The notes beneath the pieces are model-generated. The model had not been told where the DNA came from. It ran no database searches and saw only the letters and a list, made by a program, of their open reading frames with translations. A DNA stretch of 63,975 nucleotides, counting the filler, from Bigelowiella natans CCMP2755 (Eukaryota; Protista; Cercozoa), in the NCBI GenBank assembly GCA_000320545.1. It is 6 parts of 6 records of this genome, joined end to end, with 100 filler letters (N's around TTAATTAATTAA, not from the genome) between each part and the next. Parts side by side here need not be neighbours in the genome. Positions count along the whole stretch, not along the records: positions 39,638 to 60,594 come from ADNK01001425.1; 5 more parts are not named here. One strand, 5' to 3'. A program made the translations under genes and the position numbers. This document shows, piece after piece, positions 40,534 through 52,547 of the stretch. Every line of letters begins with the position of its first letter. Positions within the stretch are counted from its first letter, which is position 1.

Positions 40534-42302
40534 CCACTGATATAGAGCAAGTCTCTTAGTTAATTCTTCTTAGACGAACAACAGTACTATACTTAGTAGT
40601 CACGTATAGGAGGAGTAGTATCCGCATCATCACCATTGTTGTTGTTGTTTTATTGGTTGATGATAACAGCACCTATGGCAATGTGATCATTGATAGCAAC
40701 GGTTCCATCCACAGAATGAATGCGCCATCCCTAGAATATGAAGAGAACCAAACCAACATGAAGGAAACAACGAGATGAGCACCATCTTGATGATGATGAT
40801 GATGATGATGATGATGACGTCACTGCTGAGGGAATTGTAATAATATTCCAAGAATAAGAACTACCCATCAAAACAGGTACTAGGAAATGTAATAACATTC
40901 CAGCACTATTCCTCAATACAAGTACTACCCCTGCTGCTGCTACTACTGTAGTTCTGATATCTGGTATTTACGATGACGACATTTTCTATTACAAGTATGG
41001 TGATGAATCATCATCATCATTATCATCGTCATCATCATCATTATCATCGTCATCAGCCTCTAAGTTGTTTGATGATAACTCACTGGCTCTACGCCTGCCC
41101 AAGCTGCTTGTGAGCCTCGATGAACTGCATTAACATTCCACCCGGAGAGACCCATCCCTAGTAGTTAGTTGTTGAAGACAGACGTAGTAGTAGTAGTAGT
41201 AGTAGTAGTAGTAATAGTAGTAGTATCAATTGCTAACACGACTATTAATAAGAGATCCATCCCTAGTAGTTGTTGAAGATTCAATTACTAATACGACTAG
41301 TAATAACCATTTAGTACTAGAAGTAGAATTAAACGATTAGGTTTCATAGTTGTTGTTGTTGTTGTTTTTATAGACTGTCGTAACATTATTATTGTTATTA
41401 TTATTATTAGTAGTAGTAGCTGGCTGTCTGTTGTTGTTGGGCACTAAATGATGATGCTACTATTCTCACTATAGAAAGCTAGTGTGTTGGTTGTGTTGTG
41501 CAAAGGCAGTAGGCAGTTGGCAGTAGTAGCCAGCTAGCAGCTCTCACCTAACATCTGAGCTCTAAATTCAACTTCAACGTAGCAGAATAGTAGTTTCCCT
41601 TGATCCCTCCCATCCTCATCATCATTGATGCTAGAATTAGTAGTAGTAGTCACACGCCCACCATCCTCTACTACCACCACCTCCTCTTTTCTTCCAGTGG
41701 TAGTATCTTTAGTTGTAGTAGTTGTAGTAGTAGCAGTAGTAGTAGCATCATCACCACCACCCGATGATGCTGGTGATGGTGCTGCTGCTGCTGGAACAAT
41801 AAAAAATCGAGGCGATTTTCTTCTCAAATTTTGATGGTGATGATGATGATGATGCTCCTGCTGCCGCTTTGTCTTGTATTCATCATCATCATCATCATCA
41901 TCATCTTGTACTTCTTTTCCCTTCTGCCCAACGGATGATTGGAGATGAATTGGAGACGTAACAAGTGATATATGATCATCGTGATCATCTTCTTTATCAT
42001 TTCTTCCTCCTCTTTCTCCTCCTCCTCTTCTTCCTCTTGTTCCATTATCATGGTGGTGTTGGTGATGCTGCTTGAAGTAGTGCATCTGTAATTATTTCGA
42101 TTAATTTCCATACAGTTTTTACAATACTACTTTAGAATAATGGTAATAATAATATCTTAGTGATGATGCAATAACTTCCTCCAACAGAAGCATAAAGTGA
42201 GGGTGATAGCTAGCACACACAAACACACAACACACATAAAAACACAAACTCAAACTCCTCCTCCTCCACCATCACCACCAGCAGCAGCAGTAGCTGATGA
42301 TG

Positions 42303-42337
<35 letters not shown>

Positions 42338-42693
42338 GCTACTACCCAAGAAGAGTAGTAACATTACAGAATAACGGTACGAATGCAACTTCGCTGCTAC
42401 TACCACTACAACTACTACTACCTCTGTATTAGCATCACACATCCTGAAAGCATCACTGATGGACGTAATTCCATACGCAAGAGCATATAAATCATCATCA
42501 TCATCATCATCTTCGCCAGCATCCCCTTTGTGTCGCCCTGTATCTGCTGCTGCTGCTGCTGCTGATGATGATGATGATGCTTTAAGGAGTAGTGGAATCT
42601 TGGACGAGGAGGAGGAGGAGGAGGAGGAGGCAGTCTTACTGCTCCTTATACTTGACACCATGTAGGAAATAAAATCTCCGATCTAGAGGGTAC

Positions 42694-42725
<32 letters not shown>

Positions 42726-42971
42726 GGTTTCAAAGAATGATGATCAACCAATTCAATATTGTAGGTAGTATTATTATTATTCTTATAATTTTCAGTTACA
42801 AATGAGCAAAAATTAATACACACAAACAAAGAACGGCCATAAGATAGATGCTAGTGATGCTCCCTCTATTATTACTACACACATATTATTTATTATTATT
42901 ATAAATACGATACCATTACATTTATTATCATTATGAATACAGACACCATTATGGCTGCAGTTTATGATGTG

Positions 42972-43004
<33 letters not shown>

Positions 43005-44126
43005 TTACTGCTGCTGATACTACTGCTAAATAATCAAGAATGAGAAGAGAATGATAAAATACAGAGGAAAAGAAAAAGAAGAAGTTTGATAAATGATAAA
43101 ATGAAGAAAGTAATTATGTTCATCATCTTAAATTGCACAATCATCATCCTTCTTCTTCTCCCCCCTCTCATCATCACTGTTACCACTAGCATTATTATCA
43201 TCATCTACAATATATCCGTCTACTACTTCACACAATATAGTCGGCAATCAATACTACTGTTAATGCAGGCATCCATCAGTCACCAGCACCTTTTGTAGCC
43301 CCTCTTCCAATCGATTTTGGCGGAACAACAATCGAGTCTATGCAGTCCAACGAGAAGGGCCAAGTGTGGAGAAGGAGGAAGAGTAATGATAGTATCATAC
43401 AAATACCAAATGAACACGCCAACAATCAGAATTCAACAATATTTTCGGAATGATGACAAAGTAGCAAGACGATGCTATTTAGGTTAATCTGGTTGGTGAA
43501 TCAAGGAAAGAATAAATAATAATGATCAGGTATACGACAACGACGACGGGGGTGTCATTAGGTGTTGTGAAATACTATCATTTGATGGGATGCACACCGC
43601 ACTTCATCATCATCATCATAACCCTAATACTACTCACTACTTTAGCATGCATTGATAGCAGTCGTTAGTAATAGAAGAAGAAGAAGAAGAAGAAAAAGAA
43701 GAGTAGCAGTGAGTGATGATGATGATGATGGTGTGTTGTTTGAATTGGATGAAATGATGGGATTGTTGAGGTAATTATCTGCCTGACAGAAGATGACATC
43801 AAGCAAAGCGTAAAGATGATGATGATAGTAATGATATATGATCATCACCTGTCGCGCGTATAGATACCGATGGAATTCAATGGGAGGCAATTCATTAAGA
43901 AGTAGCAACCGCCTTTTCATTGGAGAGAAGTTATTGTTCCGATAATGCATTAGTACAGCAGCATATCCCATGAGCACAACAACAACAACAATGGCTAGTA
44001 GCAGTACCGAAATGGCAAAGAGGTGAGATCTAGGATGGGGCCTAGAATATACTTCTTCTTCATCTTGAAATACGACGACGATGATGATAACCTAGATAGA
44101 TAAAAAGGAGTACATGATAACAAGTA

Positions 44127-44160
<34 letters not shown>

Positions 44161-44285
44161 CTATTCACACATAAATGATATATCCTCCTCCTCCTTCTCT
44201 CTTGTTTCTTATTCCTCCCTCTTCTTGTTACCTGTGATGCAATACTAACCCTACTACTACTACTACTACTACTACTACTATATAG

Positions 44286-44320
<35 letters not shown>

Positions 44321-44657
44321 CAATTACTGATACACCCGCCTACCAACCAACCATCCAACCCTAACAGTTTTTAATGTTGTTGTTGTTGTTGTTAAAGACT
44401 CTCTCCATTCCTCAAATAAGGACAAGTACACCACCTACTACTATAACAAAGTATTAATACTTTTTCATTCTCGACGATTCTTTTTTCTTCTCCTCTCCAG
44501 TAGTATCCTCATCATTATCATCGTTCTCATCATCATGTTCCCCTTCCTCCTCCTCCTCAAAAGGAGATATCACAGACGAAACACCAGTAATGTTGTTCTG
44601 AGGTCATAATAGTTCCAACGAACAAAAGAAAGATGTAAAATGTGGATGATGATGATA

Positions 44658-44689
<32 letters not shown>

Positions 44690-46615
44690 ATTATCGAATA
44701 CATGTGTTAATCTACTCCTCAAAATCGATGTCAATAATTGGCAAATCTCCAATCTCTGCTTTAGTGTAAAATCATGATGCCGTAGTAACATCGTCGTGAC
44801 TATACCAGCCGATCTTCCACTTCCTCCTCCTCCCCCTCCTCCTCCCCCTTCTCCTCCTCCTCCTCCTTTTGATGGCGTAGTAGCTTTGACCTCCTTCTTT
44901 TTCTCAAATTGTCGTACATTACACCTAACTCTAGATATTGCTTGAGAGCTTGTCTACAAAGTTCTGCCTGGTCTAGCACCGTCGCATATCCCTCCTTTAC
45001 CAAGTAAAAATAGTTGAAATTCCACCTAGTAGTAGGAACAATGAGAATACGTACGTGTTTTTGTGTGTACTTACTCAGACAACTAATGTGTCATTTACTA
45101 AATGTATTGAAACACTCTTATTCAATAATAGCTTGTTATTTCTTTACAAAAATAATGTCATGATCAATCGTTGAATCATCATCATCATCAAGTAATTCCG
45201 ATGACCGTTGCCGTGTGGATCGTAGGAGCTCCAAACGACGAATTTCTTTCTGTAAGGATGCAAACATAATGGTGCTGCTGACAATGACAATGATGGTTGT
45301 ATTTCTATTGGACTACTACTACTACTACTACTACTACTGCTACAACTACTATTCCACGAAACAACAATGGAACAACATATCTATCCCTACTATCAGCAGC
45401 TACTACCTCATACATGTCGGTCCTAGTTGAGAACTCCTGAGTCACTATTTGTCTTATTCGCTCCATCAATCTACCATTATGATCTTCTTTTCCCTTAGAA
45501 ATAAACAAATAATAACCAGCTCTTTCATCATTGTTATCGTAATAATAATGTCTATTATACCCAACAAATAATAATAATTCAAATATTGCTAATTTTCCAT
45601 ACGTACCTTGGGCTCGATCAAGATTGTATTTTTAACTCCAAAATCAGCCTTCAGCTGAGAGAACACGCGCTGATGGTGCGAACGTCGCGATTTCCCCGCC
45701 CCCATCAATGACAGGTGGTAGGAAGAGAGTCTTTACCGTCGTCGAGAAGGAGGAGGAGGAGGAGGTTAATATCATAACACATAACATCATCATCGTCATT
45801 AATATGCTATATCATCAAATAACACTAACAATCCATGATGTATAACAACAACAATCCAAACAGCACAAGATACTACTGCTACTACTACAATTGTTGGTAC
45901 TGGCACTGCTTTACTACACATCCATGACAACACAATGTCAATTACCACTAGCATCAGCATCTATTACAGGGAAATAAAAACGAAGAGAGAGAGAGCAACA
46001 ATATTCACAATTATTCTATTCATCGCGGCGTTTGATGTGGTCAGTCGTAAATCAATTCTTTCTTTCTCTTTTTTCTTCTTCTCCTTCTATTTCTGTTCTC
46101 GCTATTATTTATCGTTGTTCATTTTTATTCTCCTCTCTTCTCCCTTTTCTTATTCTTCCTTTCTCTTATATACCTGCTACTGCTGCTAGTACTGGTAGTA
46201 CTCTGGTGCTGGTGCTGCTGCTGCTGTTGGCGTTTGTGACTATTATTCTTATTTTCCCTCCTACTACTATTGTTACTACTTGGTGATGATGATGTCACTA
46301 CGTACACAATGAGAAAGTTTGGCTTTAATTCCCAATCGGATCTGAGGTGATAGTAGTTTTAGTAACTTGTTATGAATGGAAGAAAGAAAGAATCAACTAA
46401 AAGTAGATCATAAATGGATGGATCGATCAATAAACAACTTGACAACAACGACCACGAATCAATGCAGTCAATTAAATTGATAATCATCATCTTCATCTAA
46501 AACCACAACTGAGGGCTACTACTACAACAACAACAACAGCTACTACTACTACTACTACTACTACTACTCCTACTGCCTAATCTGAACAGCACGAATGACT
46601 GGGATCATCATCACA

Positions 46616-46646
<31 letters not shown>

Positions 46647-48898
46647 CTTGTTCGCCATGGTGTTCCATTCCGTAGATTATCAGCTAAATCTGGATCATGA
46701 AGCTCAGTAGTGTGTTTCTTTTCTCGTCCTCCTTCTCCGTCTTTACTACCCAATAGCATTTGTGCCTTTTTCTTCCTTTTCATGCCATCGTCGTTGTCGT
46801 CTTCAGTGTTGACTGCTCATATCAACGTCAACATCATATAATTCAAGTCAGTAATTACGTCAACAAGACGAAAACTATCTTGTTCTGCATTTGAGTCGGT
46901 CAATTACTTGACCTGTTTTTGAACGAGATGATGAAGAAGGTGATGATGGTGATGATGGTGATGCTGCTGATTTTATGCGAGATAGCTTGTTGCCGCTGCT
47001 GCTTCTTCCACGATGATGATGCGATTTACCGAAACCAAAGCCAGCAAAGAGAACGCTGCTGCTATATATTGTGTATTTGTCATGGATATCAACGTACTTT
47101 AGAGTAGCTTTAGAATGAGGACACCGACAACGACAAATGAAATCTATACACAAATACGAGGATACATAGTGCTTCTTCTTCTTTTTCTTGAAATGAAGAA
47201 ATTATGAAGACTTATGCTTTTGCCCCTCATAATTGTAGGCATCATCCTCAAATTTGTGATGCATCCGTCACTTTATCAACATGATGATGACATATTAGTA
47301 CTTTTGTGTGACAACAACACAGCAAGTTCGGTGTGTTGTACATCTTGTTAATTCATAACCAACCCTTTCTTCTCCGAAGAAGCAGACGATGACGACAATA
47401 TATCTCCAGTCTTTTAATCAGGAAGAAGAAAGAAGCAATCAATATCCCACCACCACTACCATCTTCAAAACTCATCAGCCATTGCGTCATTCGAGAATTA
47501 GCAGCAGCCATTAGATAGAAAAAGCAAGAGAATGTGATGCGTAGGCCGATTACGACGCTCTACAGAAATAGGATGATCATGATAGTACTGACAATGAGCA
47601 GGAGTTAAACGGAAAGGATATACGATAAGAGATCAAAATATATATATTTGACAAATGATGAACCCTTAAATTTCTAAAATACATTTTTATACGTGTACAC
47701 CAATAGGTACCTTTGAATTCGGTGAGAGTTGGTGAATTATTCGGTGGATCTGAGGTTTAATCTAGCGAATAATAACGCAGGAACAGTTAGATGACATACA
47801 AAGCACTAGCTAGATATTACGTATGATGAGGTCCACGATTAGGTTATCATCATCATTATCACACACCTGTGCTCTGTATGATGTCGACAATGGTTTATCA
47901 CAAGTAGTAGTCACCAAAATTAAGTTCACATATGGCTTTCTCCACCTAATCATTCAATAACCACGCACTGAAAATGTATTCTTATGAGCTTAGCCGCACA
48001 TGTAATGTATGTATGCATATCTGCTGCACGATTGGTATCATCACCATCATCATCATCATCATCATCATATACAAACAACTAGGCCACAGCTATTACTCAT
48101 CAATACTATAGACACAGTATATATTGTGTAACCCAGCTACTACAACAACAACAACAACTACTATTACCAGTTCAGCGGATTGCTAGGCGCTGAAGTGGCA
48201 AGTGGTAGTGTCAGTAACCTACTACTCCCTTTAATAGAAGTAGAACAGCTTTGAATCATGTTATTGGCCGCAGTAATATCGGGAAGTTCCATACGCTCCT
48301 GAGCATGTGCATGTCAAATCACAGTAAACTACTTGCATCATCTAACTTCCGTGTGTTCGCATTATATGTGTGTGTTTGTGTGTGTGTGTGTGTGTGTGCG
48401 TGCGCGCGCACGAGTACGTTCATCATTATTAATTAAATGCTTCTTGGAATAAATAGCGATTGGTGAAGATATCTTTTAACACCAACCAAATTTCCTCCTC
48501 CTTCTCTGCCTCCTCCACTTTCTCCTCTTCTTCCCCCTCCTCCTCCTCCTCCCTCACGGTAGACAACAGCTTTAAGGTAGACACTATCAATAAAATGCCT
48601 CTCGCTAAATACAAGGAAGGTATTTTCGTTATGAGGTCTTAAAGATGAAGACAAGAAGAATTGTTTAGTGCAGTTACAATAATAGCCCAACCCGTTCTGA
48701 GATCGCCACTGGATATTCTTCAAAGGCATCGCCTCGTTGAACCCACACTCCATTTGCGACCAAACCCATGTCATTCCGCTTATTGCAACCTATGTAAACC
48801 GAAGTGTAAAACACGTCACATTATGACCGCATTTGCAGAACTACCCTTGGAGCAGGGGTCGGAAAGTGATCATTTGCCTCCTCCTTCGATGGCGGCAT
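39640..48898 (-). CDS. TRAPPC10: TRAPP II subunit TRAPPC10/Trs130, multi-exon with low-complexity insertions; 3' extent uncertain, probably runs into the gap
   Basis: MPPSKEE..|VAISGMTWVWSQMECGFNEAMPLKNIQWRS; QLKADFG; QEFSTRTDMYE|KEIRRLE; GWNFNYFYLVKEGYATVLDQAELCRQALKQYLEL; IEFHRYLYARQ. These match TRAPPC10 N-terminal conserved blocks. Confidence 0.85.
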
Positions 48899-49261
48899 GG
48901 AAGCAATTTACTTAGATTCCACTATTGTCGTTGGTCGACTGGTGTTGACCGTTGCCTTATTTGGGAGAAGGTTGAGTGGTGAAATGATATAGGCTGCATA
49001 CAGCAGCATCGCCAACTGCTCATTGGTTGCTTTGCTAAACATCATTGTCAGCGAAAATATCCGAAAGGAGGCTATCTATTTATTACCGCTACTACTTACT
49101 ACTCCTTTGTGAGACTGGCTGAGTACAGTTCTTGGGTACTTATACTACTGCAGTCCATCATCACCCATGATAATCCATCTGTTCTTGCACACAGCGTTGG
49201 TCGTCGTGGGAGGGACAAAGCAGTGTGTGCTTTGATGGAGCAGTCGAGTCGAGTAGTAATT

Positions 49262-49390
49262 AGTTGTCGTAGTTGTTGTTGTTGTTGTTGTTGTACAGTT
49301 GTTGTTGTTGTTGTTGTTGTTGTACAGTTGTTGTAATTTTAGTAGGTTGTTGTAATTGTAGTAGGTTGTTGTAGGTAGTTGTTGTGGTTA
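49262..49390. repeat. Compound (GTT)n microsatellite between the divergent TRAPPC10 and AIDA starts; representative of the many SSRs in the window
   Basis: gttgtt runs punctuated by gtacag/gtag units; (ca)n, (ga)n, (ta)n, (cat)n, (tac)n and (cag)n tracts fill many introns elsewhere. Confidence 0.85.
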
Positions 49391-49560
49391 GCTACCGGAG
49401 GACTATACTATGATCCATTTTGCAATCGAATTATGTGTTGCGACATGGAGAAAGATTGTCGTAAATGGGGCGTGCAGCTTGACCCGTTACCAAATAACAA
49501 CAGAAGGCCCCCACCTGAAACACCATAGAAGGAATAAAACAAGGAAAAGTCGAGGAGAGG

Positions 49561-50442
49561 ATGTCTAAGAGAATAAATCATAAGGCTAGGTGGAAAAATC
49601 TGTTGGAAAAAGCCCTCAATTATGATCAGTGGGGTCAGGGCCTGGAAGCCTCGGAAGGCTATATGGCCCTGCTCAAAGATCTGGCAAAAGCCGACGAACT
49701 TGATCTATCACCGGACGAAAGAGCTATTATTGCAAAGTCAAAGGCTGTAATCAAAGCTCGCTTGAAGGTCGTTACATCTGCAAGTTTGGATTCTGTTGAT
49801 GCAACAAATGAGGCCAAAAACGTCATGAAAGCGTTCGAATCTCTTTTCACGGGAAAGGAAGCCCATGAACACATAAGAGTAAAGTCGGGAATAAATGTTT
49901 ATGCTAGTTCCGACTCGAATAATAAAGTTACAATTGAAGAGAAAAAATTCGATGAGAATGCTCAAAACGACTTACTCCCTCCTCCAAAGGATGTTCGGAG
50001 CGGACAGCAGACAATATCGATCTTGATAGAATCAATAGGTCTTAAGGATGCACCAACATATATCGATCCATTTGTAACAGTCTCACTAGTATCTAAAACC
50101 GGAATTTCGAAAGAAAAAACTCAGAATACGAAAAAATCCAACCGAGTGGAGGGAAAACATGTCATCTTTGGACAAACAGTGCACATTCAAACACCTCTGG
50201 ACAGCATTAGTTGTGGAGACGCTATTTTCTTTGAATTTAAGCACTACAAGCCTAAGAAGAAATATATTAGCACCCGGTGTTTTACATTTATGGAGTATGA
50301 TGAGATTGAAGCAGCGCAAAAACAGAAGGTAACAAAATTGGAGCTGTACAAGAAGCCTACAAGCTTCCAACGAAAGAATCTCAGTTTGTTCAGCGTGAAA
50401 AAATTATACTTGAATGTTTCAGTGATTACACATAAGCATTAG
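49561..50442 (+). CDS. AIDA: Axin interactor, dorsalization-associated protein (AIDA, C2-type domain), intronless CDS
   Basis: 293-aa ORF with YDQWGQGLEA, IESIGLKDA..YIDPFVTVS, AIFFEFKHYKPKKKYISTRCFTFMEYDEI and LELYKKPTSFQRKNL, closely matching AIDA. Confidence 0.95.
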   Translation: MSKRINHKARWKNLLEKALNYDQWGQGLEASEGYMALLKDLAKADELDLSPDERAIIAKSKAVIKARLKVVTSASLDSVDATNEAKNVMKAFESLFTGKEAHEHIRVKSGINVYASSDSNNKVTIEEKKFDENAQNDLLPPPKDVRSGQQTISILIESIGLKDAPTYIDPFVTVSLVSKTGISKEKTQNTKKSNRVEGKHVIFGQTVHIQTPLDSISCGDAIFFEFKHYKPKKKYISTRCFTFMEYDEIEAAQKQKVTKLELYKKPTSFQRKNLSLFSVKKLYLNVSVITHKH

Positions 50443-50699
50443 AGAAAGTGGATTCGACATTTTCTACGAATACATATTGATGAAAAACAAGCAAGTGGTT
50501 CCGTCGGGTTCATAGTAACAAATAATCGCTAGCACACACCGCTCAGTCCCCTTTTCGATTTGAGCAAGTTTCATGGTTAAGGGCTTCGAGAAGCGCCAAT
50601 TGTGCGAGCAACCCTCGTCAGAGGTATTGGACGTGCACAAATGATTCTGCAGCAACCACCCGCCGACTCTATTTCTATCACATCCCAGCAACTTTCAAT

Positions 50700-52200
50700 A
50701 ATTATTACGCATAGGCATCACATCGATGGATCTGAGCGTGTTGCAGCGCCATCGTATCCCTGACGCGCACAGCTAGGACTCGCAAATTTGCAGCTACGAT
50801 TGTCACACGATGCAACAGCGACTATCGGACATCAATCAACAGTCGCCGGCTGTGACCATGTCTCACATCTAGACATGCGTGCATGTTAGCATGACATGCT
50901 GACGACTGCGCTCGCGCGAAAAAAACGCGTGCATCGCATGGCTGACATTTGTGTTTTGCGACGACAACGGTTCAGGCTGCTTGTCGCCATTGAGTTCATC
51001 TTCAGGTGTTGAAATTTTGGCTGTCTGCTGTCGACTAGGACATGATCAAACTGATGTGCGAACTGAATGTGTGCAACGTGTCAATTTGTCCCACTTGCGT
51101 TGCACCGAATCGAAATTGCCAGAAAATTCTGAAAAACACCCCATTTCAAACCATGAATGAAAATCGCACAAATGTGGACTTTGCATGAGTTTTGTTTGGA
51201 CGCCACGTCATGTCACATCGAACCGATTGCAATCATGTGGCATGGTGGCTAGATGTGCGATGCTGTGCAAGCAAAAAATGCAGCAAACTAGCAAAGTGCG
51301 GCGGCGTCCATCTCAACCATGAAAATTCCCGGGCTTCGCCTAGTAGTTGTGCACGCTAGCACGCGCGGTCACTCCAATCTGCGAGATGCTGTGGCTAGCT
51401 TGCTAGCTAGTCCCACGTTCACAGCATGATGCGACGCAGGGCGGCGCATCCCCAACTGACGCAGCACATGCGCATGGTCGTGCGCGCTAGTCATGCTGCT
51501 GCATCTAGCTAGTCTAGCATTGCATGACAAGCCACATGTGAGAGAAACTAGAACAGTGCACGAATCGAAGCAACATCAAATCGAGATGAAGCTAGCGCAA
51601 GCGCACGCTAGCACGCATGCCTAGATGCGTGCAAGACGGCGGATGTGAGCTAGAATCAATATGCAATGATTGAATTTTTCAATGGTTATCCTCACGTGTG
51701 TGTAGCTGTGCAATGTAGCGGCTACAGCTAGACAGTCTCCAGTATAGCGCTACCCATAACCGCCATTGTCAAATCTGTTGGTTTCCCCCATGACTAGATG
51801 ATGATGTGTTTTGTGCAATCAATGCAAATGCATCGCATGTTGTTTCGGTCGCGGTACGCTAGTACGGTCTGGAATGTCGCGCATCTCGCGCAGCATGCAG
51901 TTCGTGTTTCCTTCTCCAAGTCTATCTCATGCATCACTAGATCACGCACATGCTAGCATGTCAATCTTTTCGTTCGTTTCGATCGTCGTCTGTGCGCATC
52001 ACCATGCTAGCATGGCAGTGCAGCTGCATGGTTCCTCAAGCGGCGTTGATGTGTGGCGTGCGCAGATGCTGATGTTGCTGCATGTGGCATGTGATGAGAA
52101 GGAAACACGAACAGCTGCGATGCGCGACATTCCAGACCGAAACAACATCGCACATGCATTTGATTGCACAAAACACATTATCTAGTCACAGCGGAGACCA
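50700..52200. other. TpA-depleted intergenic block 3, includes most of the foldback element
   Basis: 50891-51655: 18 TA by eye, 17 in CTAG and 1 in GTAG. Confidence 0.9.
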
Positions 52201-52309
52201 AAGGACTCAACGTAATAACGTTAGCGCTGTAGCCGCTGCATTGCATAGCTACATGAGGATGACCATTGAACAAACTTAGTGGATTCTAGGATTAATTACT
52301 TCCGTCTTA
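51632..52309. mobile_element. ~680-bp non-autonomous foldback/MITE element with long imperfect inverted arms
   Basis: Left arm caagacgg..ctagaatc..caatggttatcctca..gcggctacagc..tgactagat..gtgttttgtgcaatca..gttgtttcggtc..tggaatgtcgcgcatc..gttcgtgtttccttctc is mirrored in about 52095-52309; no credible ORF. Confidence 0.8.
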
Positions 52310-52547
52310 CATGTCAATCATTTCGTTTCATGTTTGTGCAACATGATGGGATCAAATTCGTTGCAAAAGAACGTTTTCTACTTCGGAAAGAAGTGGTTAT
52401 AATTTAATGTAACAAGTCCTCTAATGCTTTAGGTGCGACAATTTTCAAGAAATATCATTCATGTGCGCAAGCAGAACATAATTTTGAGAATCTAGATTTG
52501 TTGTTAAAATCATGTTGCGGATGGATTTCATTTGTATGATGGCTTAG

